A DNA stretch of 64,000 nucleotides from Calditrichaceae bacterium (lineage in GTDB: Bacteria > Calditrichota > Calditrichia > Calditrichales > JBFXGD01), in assembly GCA_050173015.1 (NCBI GenBank), contig JBFXLE010000002.1:128001-192000 (forward strand), given 5' to 3'. Under the pieces are notes generated by a model. That model was not told where the DNA came from. It did no database searches and saw only the letters and a program-made list of their open reading frames with translations. Shown one piece after another: positions 21,916 through 33,288 of this stretch. Position 1 is the stretch's first letter. Each line of letters begins with the position of its first letter. The position numbers and the translations under genes were made by a program.

Positions 21916-21940
21916 GGAACCGGAGATAATTAGATGCGTT
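21916..21940 (+). promoter_or_regulatory. Putative ECF-sigma promoter of the tamB-bamA-lpx cluster
   Basis: GGAAC-N16-CGTT, 49 nt upstream of the start codon. Confidence 0.55.
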
Positions 21941-21988
21941 TTAAGCATTAGTAATTTTTTTGAATATTTTATGCAAATCGAAAAATAA

Positions 21989-24900
21989 TTGATGAAGAAA
22001 ATAATTTTAATCCTGGCAATAATTCTTTCAGTCTTAGGGGTTTTGATTATGGCCTCGCCGACACTCCTGAGATTGACAGGTTTTGATGAGCCCATAAAAC
22101 GTTATCTTATTGGCAAAATAACCGATTCGAACGATCATCAAATAGATATCCAGAGATTGAATATCGGTCTTAATGCTATTATTATCAACGATGCCACTTT
22201 TATTTCGGGTGATGAAAAATTTAAAATTCTTATTGAAGAAATCAGGTTTGGATTTAATTTCTGGGAACTTTTTTCCCATCCGCTCCAGCCTCAAAAGACG
22301 GTGAATTCGATTACATTGTATAAACCAAGATTAATTGTCAGACAAAATGAAAAGAATATTGATGCCGGAAAAAATGATTTGCCGGACTCAATTTCTTTTG
22401 AGGAAAAACTTCTTAGAGAAATAAGCGCTCTGCATTCAATAAAGAGTATTCTGATTCGGGATGGCCGGTTGATTTGGAAAACGAAAAAGGGTGAATACAT
22501 CGCGTATGCGCAAAATCTTGACGGCTGGCTCCGGACGGAGGATTTTGAAAATATTAGAATTGACGCAACCGGAAATTTACTGTCCGCAACAGATGATAAT
22601 TTTAAGCTTTCAAGCCAGATGAACATTAGTGAAAAAAAAATACGAACCAAACTGGAATTGCTGGATTATCAAATAAACAACTCGCTGTTGCCTCATTTTA
22701 CAAATGAAATTTACGTCGCGATGGGAGTTTTGGATGGTGAACTTATTTTCGAAAACAACGGATTCTCATTGGACAATCTTGTTGTAAACGGAAATCTGAA
22801 TGTACAAAATTTAAATTTTACAGTGGATAATAATAAATTCAATGATGTCAATTTTAAGATTGATATCAAAAATAACCATCTGATTGCCGATAAGGGTAAG
22901 GGTTTATTGTTTGACGCTCCTTTTCTTTTTAAAACGGAAATTCAGAACCTGATTGATCCAACATTCAAAGGGACATTAAATATAAGTAACCTGGCCATTA
23001 AAGATTTTGAAAAATATATAGTGACCAATCAATTTAACGGATCCAGATTTAATATTAATATTGATTATAATCTGAACAAAGATGATCAAAACCTTGATGT
23101 GACAGTTGCCTCCGATTTGATTACATTTTTAAAAGCGCCGATCTCCGATTTTAAAGCGGAAATTAAAATCTCACCGGATAAGATTGAAGTCCCCGGGGCT
23201 GCATGGCATAGTGCAGATCTGGAGTTCTCTACAACGGGCAGCTATGATTTTTCACAGGAGGTGCTGAAAATCTATCTCCGCGGCCGCCATGAGCTTGGTG
23301 AACATCTGATTTTTGACCGGCTTTCAAAAAAGGAGCAGAATCTTTCGCTTGATCTTACATTGGATATCGCTCAAAAAAAAGCAATGGGAGCATGGAATTA
23401 TTCGATTGCGAGACAGGCTGATACTCTGCTGTATGTGGATGGTGATCTCGTCGGAACTGATAAAACTCTTGTTTTAAAACTATTAAAATCAAATGACGAA
23501 AACCTGAAGGCATCATTCAGAATAGATGATTATCTTTCCATCCCGGTTATCTCTGACGCTGAATTACGGAATTTCCCTTTTGAGCGTTTTACATCGGAAC
23601 CTTTTGTCCATGATCTGTTGAACAGATTTGGGACTGATATGAATTTGTCGGGATCAATCAATAATCTGAAAGGTAATATCTCCGTCGTTGATCAAAAAAA
23701 CGAAAAATCAATATTCCATTTGAATACAACTATCCATAACTTATTAAAATCACACAGACAGATTTCAGGTGATATAGAATTGCGTCAATTGAGCGGCGGA
23801 TTCGATTTTGATCTGAGCAACGATTTTCTTGGAGGTTCCTTTGAATTTCCGGAAGGGATCACGGGCGAGCTGTATCTCGATCTGGCAAAAGAGGAACAGC
23901 TATCTGGCAATATCCACATCACTGATTTTAATGTGATACAAGCCTTCACAGATTCGGCATTTAAAGATGATTTCAGATTGCAGGGAAGCATTAACGGAGA
24001 TGTTGAAGTTTCGGGAACGTTTTCTGATCCGAAAATATATGCCCATCTTTATGGTGACAAATTTGTTTTTAATGAGATCGGTTACTATCAGACAGAAGTG
24101 AATTTGTTTGCGGATAAAACTAAAATTAGTCTGGACTCCATTAATATTACTCTTAACAATGTTCCTATTCTTCAAGGCGAAGCGGGACTATCTGTTTTAA
24201 GTAATCGCATTGACGGGTATTTTTACGGGAATGAAATTGATGTTGAGCAGATGTTGGCGACTTTTGTAGATGAAAGCAGATCAATCTCAGGTACAGGTTC
24301 TTACTCCATGAGGCTAAGCGGGACTGTTTTGTCCCCTCAGATCGATGCTTCAGTCCATCTAAATGACGGTAGTATCGGGGATATTGGATTTGACAGTCTG
24401 AATGTGGTCTTAAGGGATAATGTTGTTGTCGATGGAAATGCCTATGATTACAGGGATCATCGAATTTACCTGGAAAATCTGTATCTCGCCCGACAGGGGC
24501 AATATCATCTGAACAGTGTCGGTACTTTTCCACTGAATTCAGCCGATGAAATAGATGTAGCGTTAAAATTTGACGGTGACTTGCTTGGGTTACTGCATTA
24601 CTGGCAGCCTTTCTTCGAAGATGGCGCGTCACTTTGCGATGTCAGTTTGAAAATCACCGGAACGCCTGATAATTTAAAGTTTGAGAGTGGCCGTATCCAG
24701 ATCGAACGGGGAGAACTATGGCTAAAAAATGTGGTGCGTCATATTGAAAACATAAGTGGCGCCATAGAGTTAGAAGAAGGAACTAATGAAGTCAATATTA
24801 TAAATCTTAAAGCAAGTGTTGGTCAGGACACCCTTACTTTGAATTCGGTCAGGGATATTGTCACCTCATCGAAACGAAAACTTGAAGACTGGTATTTTAA

Positions 24901-26143
24901 GGGAATTGATTTAAACTTTGGTATTTTAAAGATGGAGACCACCGGCAGAGGGGTGGAATTAAATATTCCCGGTTTGATGTACCCGGCTGATCGGGGACAG
25001 CTTAAGGTTAGCGGAAAAAATGACGGCGAATATTTTTATTTTGCCGGACCGGTTCGTCATCCTTTAGCTTATGGAAAAGTAACAGTTTACAATGCGAGGT
25101 TGACATTCCCGTTTCTTATCGAGTCCAATGAACATTCCGAACCTTCAACGGTAGTACAGTTTCTAAGCAACATGGAGTGGGACATCCACGTTAAGTCCGG
25201 TGAAGATGTTCTTTATACCCGTGACATTCCCGCATATATCGACAATGTACATGCCGAATTGTTTGTGGATGAATCAAGCGCCGGGCTTGATTTTACAGGT
25301 ATTCTCAGTAAAGATAATCTTCGCGCCGCCGGTAGCCTGACATCTACCAGAGGACGCCTCGAATATCTTGATCAGAATTTCCGTGTGGACCGGTTTACGG
25401 TGGATTTTACAAAATATGATATATTTCCTGATGTATCGGGAAGAGCTTGGACAGCCATCAGGGACACGGTGGGTGATATTCCAAAAACAATTTATTTGCA
25501 GCTATATGTTGTTGACCCTGAAACAGGACAGGAACAACAGAGAGGCAGTTGGGAAGATTTTAAATTTAAACTGGTTTCTGCTGAAAGTAATGTCGGGGAA
25601 ACTCAAGAACAAGTACTGGGTTATCTCGGTTATTCCGTTGACAATATAAAAGAAAAAGCAACCAGTGTCGGGGGAGCGGTTACCGAACGATTCCTGATCC
25701 GGCCATTGCTGCGTCCCATCGAAAGAGCTTTGGAGCGAAGTTTGGGAATGGATTTAGTGAGATTTAATTCCAGCATTGCAAGGAATCTATTCTACAGCAG
25801 TCTCGGTGCTCAAAACGATTTACAAAATGGATCATCCTATATCAATCCGTTTTCAACGAGTGCTCCGTATCTTTTCCTGATGCAGAGCTCTGAAGTAACA
25901 GTCGGTAAATATTTGACTCAAAATTTGTACCTGTCATACACGGGACAGCTCGTTTCAGTCTACGATCAATCGGAAACCGGTTTTGACATGAATCATTCTG
26001 TCGGAATCGAATACAGGTTCCTGCGGAACGTTTTACTGGAAATTGAGTATGACCGTGAGTTGATGGGTTATTATCAGGTATTAAAAGAAAGACAGTACCT
26101 GGAAGATTTTAAAATCCGATTAAGGCATTCATTTTCATTCTAA
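21989..26143 (+). CDS. TamB/AsmA-like large periplasmic beta-rich protein
   Basis: N-terminal signal anchor, 1384 aa beta-strand-rich body, DUF490-like C-terminus (VTVGKYLTQNLYLSY), terminal Phe, directly upstream of bamA. Confidence 0.75.
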   Translation: MMKKIILILAIILSVLGVLIMASPTLLRLTGFDEPIKRYLIGKITDSNDHQIDIQRLNIGLNAIIINDATFISGDEKFKILIEEIRFGFNFWELFSHPLQPQKTVNSITLYKPRLIVRQNEKNIDAGKNDLPDSISFEEKLLREISALHSIKSILIRDGRLIWKTKKGEYIAYAQNLDGWLRTEDFENIRIDATGNLLSATDDNFKLSSQMNISEKKIRTKLELLDYQINNSLLPHFTNEIYVAMGVLDGELIFENNGFSLDNLVVNGNLNVQNLNFTVDNNKFNDVNFKIDIKNNHLIADKGKGLLFDAPFLFKTEIQNLIDPTFKGTLNISNLAIKDFEKYIVTNQFNGSRFNINIDYNLNKDDQNLDVTVASDLITFLKAPISDFKAEIKISPDKIEVPGAAWHSADLEFSTTGSYDFSQEVLKIYLRGRHELGEHLIFDRLSKKEQNLSLDLTLDIAQKKAMGAWNYSIARQADTLLYVDGDLVGTDKTLVLKLLKSNDENLKASFRIDDYLSIPVISDAELRNFPFERFTSEPFVHDLLNRFGTDMNLSGSINNLKGNISVVDQKNEKSIFHLNTTIHNLLKSHRQISGDIELRQLSGGFDFDLSNDFLGGSFEFPEGITGELYLDLAKEEQLSGNIHITDFNVIQAFTDSAFKDDFRLQGSINGDVEVSGTFSDPKIYAHLYGDKFVFNEIGYYQTEVNLFADKTKISLDSINITLNNVPILQGEAGLSVLSNRIDGYFYGNEIDVEQMLATFVDESRSISGTGSYSMRLSGTVLSPQIDASVHLNDGSIGDIGFDSLNVVLRDNVVVDGNAYDYRDHRIYLENLYLARQGQYHLNSVGTFPLNSADEIDVALKFDGDLLGLLHYWQPFFEDGASLCDVSLKITGTPDNLKFESGRIQIERGELWLKNVVRHIENISGAIELEEGTNEVNIINLKASVGQDTLTLNSVRDIVTSSKRKLEDWYFKGIDLNFGILKMETTGRGVELNIPGLMYPADRGQLKVSGKNDGEYFYFAGPVRHPLAYGKVTVYNARLTFPFLIESNEHSEPSTVVQFLSNMEWDIHVKSGEDVLYTRDIPAYIDNVHAELFVDESSAGLDFTGILSKDNLRAAGSLTSTRGRLEYLDQNFRVDRFTVDFTKYDIFPDVSGRAWTAIRDTVGDIPKTIYLQLYVVDPETGQEQQRGSWEDFKFKLVSAESNVGETQEQVLGYLGYSVDNIKEKATSVGGAVTERFLIRPLLRPIERALERSLGMDLVRFNSSIARNLFYSSLGAQNDLQNGSSYINPFSTSAPYLFLMQSSEVTVGKYLTQNLYLSYTGQLVSVYDQSETGFDMNHSVGIEYRFLRNVLLEIEYDRELMGYYQVLKERQYLEDFKIRLRHSFSF

Positions 26144-26156
26144 CATGGAGGATAAT

Positions 26157-28478
26157 GTGCGGAAATTATTTCTGTTATTTTTTCTGCTTCTGGTCGTAGT
26201 GACATTGCACGCACAAGTACAAAAAGTAAAAATTAATTCCATCGCGGTGGAAGGGAACAAGAGCGCCGATGCCAGCTCAATCCGCTTAAATTCAGGTCTG
26301 TCGGCAGGCATGGAAATCACGGGAGAGGATCTACAGCAGGCCGTCCGAAATCTCTGGGCCCTAAGGATTTTTTCAGATATTCAGATTTATGTAACAAACC
26401 AAACCATCAACGGGCTTGATCTGATTATCAAAGTTGATGAATACCCGAGACTCAATAAAGTAGAAATAAAAGGAAATAAGAAGCTCTCTACAAATGATGT
26501 AAAGGATGAGATAAATACTTATAGGGGTATGGTCGTTACCGCAAATAAGATTTTTAATATGAAGAAATCCCTTGAAAGCAAATACCGTGAAAAGGGGTAT
26601 CTGCTGGCAAAAGTAAATATTGATACAACTCACTTTGCGGAAAGCAGAGTTGATCTTGTTATCAATATTCAGGAAGGGGATGAAGTACAGGTCAAAAAAA
26701 TCCGTTTTCATAGTAATAAGAGTTTTAAGGATGGTGATCTGAGAGGCAAGATGGACGATATCAAGGAAGACCGTTGGTGGAGAGGCGCGGATTTTGATCC
26801 TAAAAAATTTGAAGAAGATAAGAAAAAAATCGTCCAGTTTTATAAGGAGCACGGTTTCCGTGATGCTGAGATCGTAAAAGATTCCTTGTCATATAATGAG
26901 AAAAAAACCGACTTGTTTATCGATATCTGGGTTTACGAAGGAAATAAATATTATTTCGGAGATATAAATTTTACCGGAAATACCATATTTTCACAAGATG
27001 AGCTTCGGTCGTCACTTGATCTGGGAAAAGGTGATATCTATGATCAGAAAAAGTATGATGAGGGGATTCGTGACCGGCTGCAGAAGATGTATTATAATCA
27101 GGGATATTTATTCGCGAGTATTCAACCGAAAGAAATACCGGTGAGCAAGGACACCCTTAATGTCGATTTTAATATTATTGAGGGCCACGTTGTTCATGTT
27201 AAAGAAATTTTGATAAACGGAAACACAAAAACAAATGAAAAAGTAATTCGGCGTGAATTTAAAATCCACCCCGGTGATGTCTTCAACAGCGCAAAATTGG
27301 AGCGTTCGATCCGTGATTTGATGATTCTAAATTATTTCGCGAACGTAAATCCCGATGTAAGACTGATTGGAAATGATGATCAGAATGTCAATCTGCAGAT
27401 TGATGTGGAAGAAAAATCGACAGATATGGCGAACATGTCGGCGGGTTACAGCCAGCGTGACGGTCTTATCGGGAGTTTAGGTTTAACATTTAATAATTTT
27501 TCTCTAAAACATCCGTTTTCCGGTGGAGATGGACAAAGGCTGTCTTTTGACTGGCAATTCGGGGATGTTTATCGTTCAGTTTCTATAAGCTTCACAGAGC
27601 CCTGGCTTTTTGATACGCCTACTTTAGCCGGTTTTTCAGTTTTTGATACACGAAGCGGTGGTAGTTACTATTCGTGGGACAGAAGAGATCAGGGTGCGAC
27701 TTTAAGAATCGGGAGAAGGTTTTTCTGGCCTGACAACTACTTCCGCGGTGACTGGATCCTGAGATATGCCGAGACGTTGATTACAGATATCACCGACCCC
27801 GATCTTATTGAAAGATATCGCCTGGACGGCACAGAGGACAGGACAACGCAATTAAGCCTGACGCAGATAATTTCGAGAGACAGCCGGAATAATCCCGAAT
27901 TCCCGACCTGGGGTTCTGTCCATTCCTTATCGACAGAATTATCAGGAGGACCGCTCGGAGGCAGTCAGGATTTCTTCAAAGCGATTTTGAACGCTGAGTG
28001 GTACATACCTTTACCGTTCGGACTTGTTCTGTACAGCAAGAACAAATACGGTATTATTGAAACTTTAAAAGGAAATGAATCATCTCTTTACGGAGAATAC
28101 TTTTATGTCGGCGGCAGCGGGCTTGGATTCTCCGAGGGGCTTCGCGGTTACGATGACGGTGAAGTCGGCCCTCTTACATCAAGTGGAAATCCGCTTGGGG
28201 GAACAGCCATGGCCGTCAATTCTATGGAGCTGCGTTTCCCGATCGCCCCGAACCCGACTATTTTTGGACTATTGTTTGCTGAAGGCGGAAATGCATGGGA
28301 GCGAACCGGACAGCTGGATCCGTTTGACTTGAAACGTTCGGTAGGCGCGGGAATTAGATTATTCATGCCTATGATTGGTATCATCGGAATCGATTTTGGT
28401 TATGGATTTGATTATATCGATGAATACGGGCACAGAACAGGTGACTGGAAAGTACATTTTCAATTTGGAAGATTTTAA
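26157..28478 (+). CDS. bamA: Outer membrane protein assembly factor BamA
   Basis: POTRA repeats (GNTKTNEKVIRRE), LRGY motif, C-terminal HFQFGRF. GTG 26157 has a GGAGG RBS. Confidence 0.95.
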   Translation: MRKLFLLFFLLLVVVTLHAQVQKVKINSIAVEGNKSADASSIRLNSGLSAGMEITGEDLQQAVRNLWALRIFSDIQIYVTNQTINGLDLIIKVDEYPRLNKVEIKGNKKLSTNDVKDEINTYRGMVVTANKIFNMKKSLESKYREKGYLLAKVNIDTTHFAESRVDLVINIQEGDEVQVKKIRFHSNKSFKDGDLRGKMDDIKEDRWWRGADFDPKKFEEDKKKIVQFYKEHGFRDAEIVKDSLSYNEKKTDLFIDIWVYEGNKYYFGDINFTGNTIFSQDELRSSLDLGKGDIYDQKKYDEGIRDRLQKMYYNQGYLFASIQPKEIPVSKDTLNVDFNIIEGHVVHVKEILINGNTKTNEKVIRREFKIHPGDVFNSAKLERSIRDLMILNYFANVNPDVRLIGNDDQNVNLQIDVEEKSTDMANMSAGYSQRDGLIGSLGLTFNNFSLKHPFSGGDGQRLSFDWQFGDVYRSVSISFTEPWLFDTPTLAGFSVFDTRSGGSYYSWDRRDQGATLRIGRRFFWPDNYFRGDWILRYAETLITDITDPDLIERYRLDGTEDRTTQLSLTQIISRDSRNNPEFPTWGSVHSLSTELSGGPLGGSQDFFKAILNAEWYIPLPFGLVLYSKNKYGIIETLKGNESSLYGEYFYVGGSGLGFSEGLRGYDDGEVGPLTSSGNPLGGTAMAVNSMELRFPIAPNPTIFGLLFAEGGNAWERTGQLDPFDLKRSVGAGIRLFMPMIGIIGIDFGYGFDYIDEYGHRTGDWKVHFQFGRF

Positions 28479-28567
28479 CATTTTATTTAAATTAAAAAAT
28501 TATTGGAATCGGATCGGGTGAATTTACCTGTTTCAGATCAATCATCATTCGAAATTAGGAGGTTACT

Positions 28568-29110
28568 GTGAAGTTAGTAAAAATGTTAAGTGTTGTTATC
28601 TTGAGTTTGGTTCTTGCTGCTCCGGCGATGGCACAGAAATTTGCCTTTGTACAATCACAAAGAATCCTTGCAGAGTATAAAGAATATACTGATGCGCAGA
28701 ACAAACTCGATGAAATTCGTAACCGCTATGACGCTGAGTATCAGCAGATGGTTAAAGAGTACAACACAATGATTCAGGAAATTGATTCTCAGAGTCTGCT
28801 CTTAAGCCCGGAGAAAAAAGAAGAAAAAATGCGCCAGGCTCAGGAAAAAGCAGTCCAGATCGAACGTTATAAATACGAAAAATTAGGACCTGAAGGTGAA
28901 TTCTATCGCAAAAACCTCGAACTCACCAAACCGATCATTGATAAAATAAATGATCTGATCGCGAAAGTCGGTGAAGAAGACGGGTATGATTTTATTTTTG
29001 ACGCGTCTTCCGGCGCATTAGTGCATGCACTGCCGAAATTTGATATAACAGATAAGATTTTAGTGGAATTGAATAAAATAAAGAGTGCCGCAACCACAAA
29101 AGCTAAATAA
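28568..29110 (+). CDS. skp: Periplasmic chaperone Skp/OmpH
   Basis: Signal peptide, QKFAFV, coiled coil, GYDFIFD...DITDKIL; between bamA and lpxD. Confidence 0.92.
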   Translation: MKLVKMLSVVILSLVLAAPAMAQKFAFVQSQRILAEYKEYTDAQNKLDEIRNRYDAEYQQMVKEYNTMIQEIDSQSLLLSPEKKEEKMRQAQEKAVQIERYKYEKLGPEGEFYRKNLELTKPIIDKINDLIAKVGEEDGYDFIFDASSGALVHALPKFDITDKILVELNKIKSAATTKAK

Positions 29111-29126
29111 TCCCGGATCACACTAA

Positions 29127-30179
29127 ATGACATTATACGAAATCGCAGAATATTTAGGCGGTGAACTTCATGGTCCGCATGATCTTGAAATTAGCGGGCC
29201 CGCAAAGATTGAAAATGCCAAAACGGGGCATATTACATTTATCGCCAATCCTAAATATAAACAATATCTCTCGTCGACCGAGGCGAGCGCGGTAATTGTT
29301 GATGATAAAAATAAAGATGTTGAAATGCCTCATATAGTGGTTGAAGACGCCTATATTGGGTTTCTCATGCTGCTAAAATTGTACTCGCCGCCTCAGCATG
29401 AATATATTAAAGGGATATCCGGCGATGCATATATTGATAAATCTGCCAAAATATCCGCATCATCCCGTATTGCATCGATGGCATACATTGGTCCAAATGT
29501 AAAAATTGGAGATAATACGATCATTTATCCCGGCGTTGTTCTGCTGCGAGATGTAACCGTTGGTAACGATTCGGTTATTTACCCCAATGTAAGTGTACGT
29601 GAAGATTGCGTAATCGGTGACCGGGTGATTCTTCATAACGGATGCGTTATTGGAAGCGATGGCTTCGGGTTTGCGCCCGATGGTGAAAAATACAAAAAAA
29701 TACCTCAGCTGGGCCGGGTGGTGGTGGAAGACGATGTTGAGATCGGCGCCAATACGACGATTGACCGCGCAACAATGGGGGACACTTTGATTCTAAAGGG
29801 ATCAAAAATTGATAATCTGGTTCAGATTGCGCATAATGTGACGATTGGCGAGAATTCTGTCGTCGCCGCTCAGGCGGGGATTTCCGGAAGTACACATGTT
29901 GGTTCACATGTTACTATAGCAGGGCAGGTTGGAATTGTTGGGCATATTAAAATTGGTGATAATGCGATGATTGCCGCGAAAAGCGGGATTTCCAAGGATG
30001 TGCCATCCAAGGCGGTCTATTTTGGAATCCCGGCGTTACCAATTATGCAGCAAAAACGTATTGATGTAAGTCTGAAACATCTTCCTGATATGGTTAAAAA
30101 AATTCATCAGCTTGAGAATGAAATCATTCAGCTTAAGGAAGAACTCAGCAAGTTGAATAATCGGAGTGTGGATGATTAA
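29127..30179 (+). CDS. lpxD: UDP-3-O-acylglucosamine N-acyltransferase
   Basis: Hexapeptide repeats, [24 protein letters not shown]. Confidence 0.97.
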   Translation: MTLYEIAEYLGGELHGPHDLEISGPAKIENAKTGHITFIANPKYKQYLSSTEASAVIVDDKNKDVEMPHIVVEDAYIGFLMLLKLYSPPQHEYIKGISGDAYIDKSAKISASSRIASMAYIGPNVKIGDNTIIYPGVVLLRDVTVGNDSVIYPNVSVREDCVIGDRVILHNGCVIGSDGFGFAPDGEKYKKIPQLGRVVVEDDVEIGANTTIDRATMGDTLILKGSKIDNLVQIAHNVTIGENSVVAAQAGISGSTHVGSHVTIAGQVGIVGHIKIGDNAMIAAKSGISKDVPSKAVYFGIPALPIMQQKRIDVSLKHLPDMVKKIHQLENEIIQLKEELSKLNNRSVDD

Positions 30180-31581
30180 GAAGCAAAGAACGATTAAAAA
30201 AGAAGTTTCGTTTGAGGGCCGCGGCCTGCATACAGGCAATCTGGCAAAAATAACTTTTAAACCGGCTCCGGAAAATTACGGTCGAAGATTCGTAAGAGTG
30301 GATGTCGATAATTCACCGGAAATCCCGGCCGTACTTGATTATGTAGTACAAAATACCAGTATCGACAGCCTTAGGGGAACAACGCTGGAAATGGACGGAG
30401 TGCAGGTTCATACGGTTGAACATGTTCTCGCGGCTTTGGTAGGTCTGGAAATTGACAATATCAGGATAGAATTAAATGTAAATGAACCGCCGATCGGAGA
30501 TGGTTCCGCCATGCCCTTCGTCAACAAATTGATGGAGGCGGGAATTGAAGAGCAGGATTCTCCAAAAGAATATCTTGTGATTGACGAACCGATTTCCTAC
30601 TCCGATGAACGCAGAGGAATTGAGTTTGCCGCATTGCCAACTGATGATTACCGTGTTACAGTAATGATTGACTATAAAAATCCGGCTTTGGGAAGTCAGC
30701 ACAGCGGATTGTTTTCGCTGGAAAAGGAATTCGTCTCTGAATTTGCTCCCGCGCGTACATTTTGCTTCCTTCACGAGGTGGAGATGCTTGTAGAACAGGG
30801 GCTCATACGAGGCGGTGATCTCGAATCAGCGGTGGTAATTGTTGATCGTCAGTTGGAAGGTGACGATATAAAACGAATAAAAAAAATGTTTGATATCAGT
30901 GAAAATGTGACTCTTGGTAACAATGGCATCTTAAATAACAAGGAATTACGGTTTAAAAATGAACCATGCCGTCACAAATTAATTGATCTGATGGGTGATC
31001 TGGCTTTGGTTGGAGTTAATATCAAAGCACAGCTCCTGGCGGCAAGGCCCGGTCATCAGAGCAATATTGAATTTGCCCGCATTTTGCGTAACTACTATAA
31101 AAAACAACAATTAACCCGTAAATATCAGGATGTCAGTAAAAAAGGTGTTGTGTTTGACATAAACGCGATTAAGAAGATACTGCCGCATCGATATCCTTTT
31201 CTGCTGGTTGATTCGATTATTGAATTTGAGCCTGAAAAAAGGGCGGTTGGCATAAAAAATGTGACAGCCAATGAACCTTTCTTTCAGGGACATTTTCCGC
31301 AAAAACCCATCATGCCCGGTGTATTGATCGTTGAGGCAATGGCCCAGGTCGGTGGCGTTTTGCTGCTAAATGAACGTGAAGATGTCGAACAAAAGCTTGT
31401 CTATTTTATGGGAATCGATAATGTTCGTTTCAGGAGACCGGTTCAGCCCGGTGATCAGCTGGTAATGGAGTTGGAGATGCTGAAAAACAGAAAAACGACA
31501 TTCAAAATGATGGGCAAAACCTTTATTAAGGGCGAGTTGGTTTGTGAAGCTGAGATGATGGCGGCAGTGGTTGATCGTTGA
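30172..31581 (+). CDS. lpxC-fabZ: Bifunctional LpxC deacetylase / FabZ dehydratase
   Basis: [26 protein letters not shown], then [11 protein letters not shown] and [18 protein letters not shown]. Confidence 0.97.
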   Translation: MIKKQRTIKKEVSFEGRGLHTGNLAKITFKPAPENYGRRFVRVDVDNSPEIPAVLDYVVQNTSIDSLRGTTLEMDGVQVHTVEHVLAALVGLEIDNIRIELNVNEPPIGDGSAMPFVNKLMEAGIEEQDSPKEYLVIDEPISYSDERRGIEFAALPTDDYRVTVMIDYKNPALGSQHSGLFSLEKEFVSEFAPARTFCFLHEVEMLVEQGLIRGGDLESAVVIVDRQLEGDDIKRIKKMFDISENVTLGNNGILNNKELRFKNEPCRHKLIDLMGDLALVGVNIKAQLLAARPGHQSNIEFARILRNYYKKQQLTRKYQDVSKKGVVFDINAIKKILPHRYPFLLVDSIIEFEPEKRAVGIKNVTANEPFFQGHFPQKPIMPGVLIVEAMAQVGGVLLLNEREDVEQKLVYFMGIDNVRFRRPVQPGDQLVMELEMLKNRKTTFKMMGKTFIKGELVCEAEMMAAVVDR

Positions 31582-31595
31582 GGAGAGAAAATTTA

Positions 31596-32369
31596 ATGAT
31601 AGAAATTCACCCTACAGCAATTGTTGATCCGGGAGCTGAACTCGGTGAGGAAATAGTCATAGGCCCATACAGTATTGTTGAAAAAGGCGTGACCATCGGG
31701 AATGGTACCACAATCGCTTCTCATGTCCGGATTGCAGAAGGAACCACCATTGGGAAAAGCTGCAAAATAAGTCAGGGCGCGGTACTTGGGACAGAACCAC
31801 AGGACCTGAAATTTGGAAGTGAAAAAACTTATCTGGTCATCGGCAATAATACAACTATCCGGGAATATGCCACGTTGAACCGCGCGACAACGCACAGCTA
31901 TTACACCAGGATTGGGGATAATTGTCTTATTATGTCTTACGCGCATGTCGCTCATGATTGCCAGGTTGGGAATCATGTAATACTTGCCAACTCCGTTAAC
32001 CTCGCGGGTCACGTAATCATTGAAGATTGGGCTGCCATTGGAGGACTGACGCCTGTTCATCAATTTGCTCATGTTGGGGCCCACAGTTTTACCGGTGGGG
32101 GATTACGTGTCAGTAAAGATGTACCTCCATATATCAAAGCCATGGGCGAACCCATCACGTATGGTGGTCTCAATTCCATAGGACTAAAAAGGCGCGGATT
32201 CTCGGATGAAGTGCTTCTGGAGCTGAAAAGAGCTTACAAATTACTGTATCGTGAGAATCTTACTGTTAAGGAAGCCATAGACAAGATCAAAGACAATTTG
32301 CAGCCTCTCCCTGAAATTATGCATCTTATCAAATTTTTAAGTGAAAGTGAACGTGGAATTATTCGATAA
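31596..32369 (+). CDS. lpxA: UDP-N-acetylglucosamine acyltransferase
   Basis: IHPTAIV, PQDLKF, HVAHDC, LAGHV, DVPPY. Confidence 0.97.
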   Translation: MIEIHPTAIVDPGAELGEEIVIGPYSIVEKGVTIGNGTTIASHVRIAEGTTIGKSCKISQGAVLGTEPQDLKFGSEKTYLVIGNNTTIREYATLNRATTHSYYTRIGDNCLIMSYAHVAHDCQVGNHVILANSVNLAGHVIIEDWAAIGGLTPVHQFAHVGAHSFTGGGLRVSKDVPPYIKAMGEPITYGGLNSIGLKRRGFSDEVLLELKRAYKLLYRENLTVKEAIDKIKDNLQPLPEIMHLIKFLSESERGIIR

Positions 32370-33174
32370 GAATAATCATATATTTCAGTTGGACAGGATG
32401 AGAGTTATTCCATTTGAAAACTGGTCCGGAGTCAGGAATATGGCTCTCGATCAGTTTTTTGCTTTAAATATGAATGCGGACAGCTGTCCTGTCCTGAGAT
32501 TTTACGGTTGGAACCCATTCTGTCTTTCCCTCGGATATCATCAAAAAACAGATGATGTTGATATTGATAAAATCAATGACGGGGGGTACCAACTTGTTCG
32601 CCGGCCGACGGGTGGAAGCGCGATATTTCATTCGGATGAATTAACCTACAGCTTGATTGTCCCCGGAAAGGCTCTGCGGCATCATGAGGTTTATAATACA
32701 TTTCATTTTTATCTTGCAAATGCATTAAACGATCTTGGGATTCAGGTTACGCTATCCAAAAATGAAAGCCGCGCGTCTTATCTGAATCAGGGACAAAAGT
32801 CCTTTGCCTGTTTCAACCGATCCGCCTATTCCGAAATACAATATAACGGCAAAAAGGTTGTGGGAAGCGCCCAGAAAATATACCCGAATGCCATTCTACA
32901 GCATGGTTCAATTATGCTAGGCGCTGAGCATGAAAAAATCGCTTCATTTCTGAAAATTAATAATTCAGAAAAAATTAAATATATTGAACTTTTGCGTAAT
33001 AATTCTACAAGTTTGACGAAAATCACCGACAATAGACTAAAAGAGTCACAAATTGAAGAGGCGCTCATAAAGCAATTTGAATTACATGATAAGTTCCGCA
33101 TGTTTTTCCAATATATTTCCCATGAGGAGATTGAAAAGTCAAAAAACTATGATAAAGATTTCCAAATTCCCTGA
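32341..33174 (+). CDS. Lipoate-protein ligase A / octanoyltransferase (LipM-like) family protein
   Basis: NMALD, LRFYGW, VRRPTGGSAIFH, KVVGSAQ, LQHGS. True start may be ATG 32398. Confidence 0.88.
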   Translation: MKVNVELFDKNNHIFQLDRMRVIPFENWSGVRNMALDQFFALNMNADSCPVLRFYGWNPFCLSLGYHQKTDDVDIDKINDGGYQLVRRPTGGSAIFHSDELTYSLIVPGKALRHHEVYNTFHFYLANALNDLGIQVTLSKNESRASYLNQGQKSFACFNRSAYSEIQYNGKKVVGSAQKIYPNAILQHGSIMLGAEHEKIASFLKINNSEKIKYIELLRNNSTSLTKITDNRLKESQIEEALIKQFELHDKFRMFFQYISHEEIEKSKNYDKDFQIP

Positions 33175-33207
33175 TCGCGGCCTGATTTGTCAGGTCAATT
33201 GTCTTTG

Positions 33208-33236
33208 TTGCAATTTTTAGTAGTTTAAATTATATT
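33208..33236 (+). promoter_or_regulatory. Putative sigma70 promoter
   Basis: TTGCAA-N17-TATATT. Confidence 0.55.
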
Positions 33237-33288
33237 GATTTTCATTCAGGCAGATTTTATTATTGAACGCCAGACAGGAGGAGAAGGT

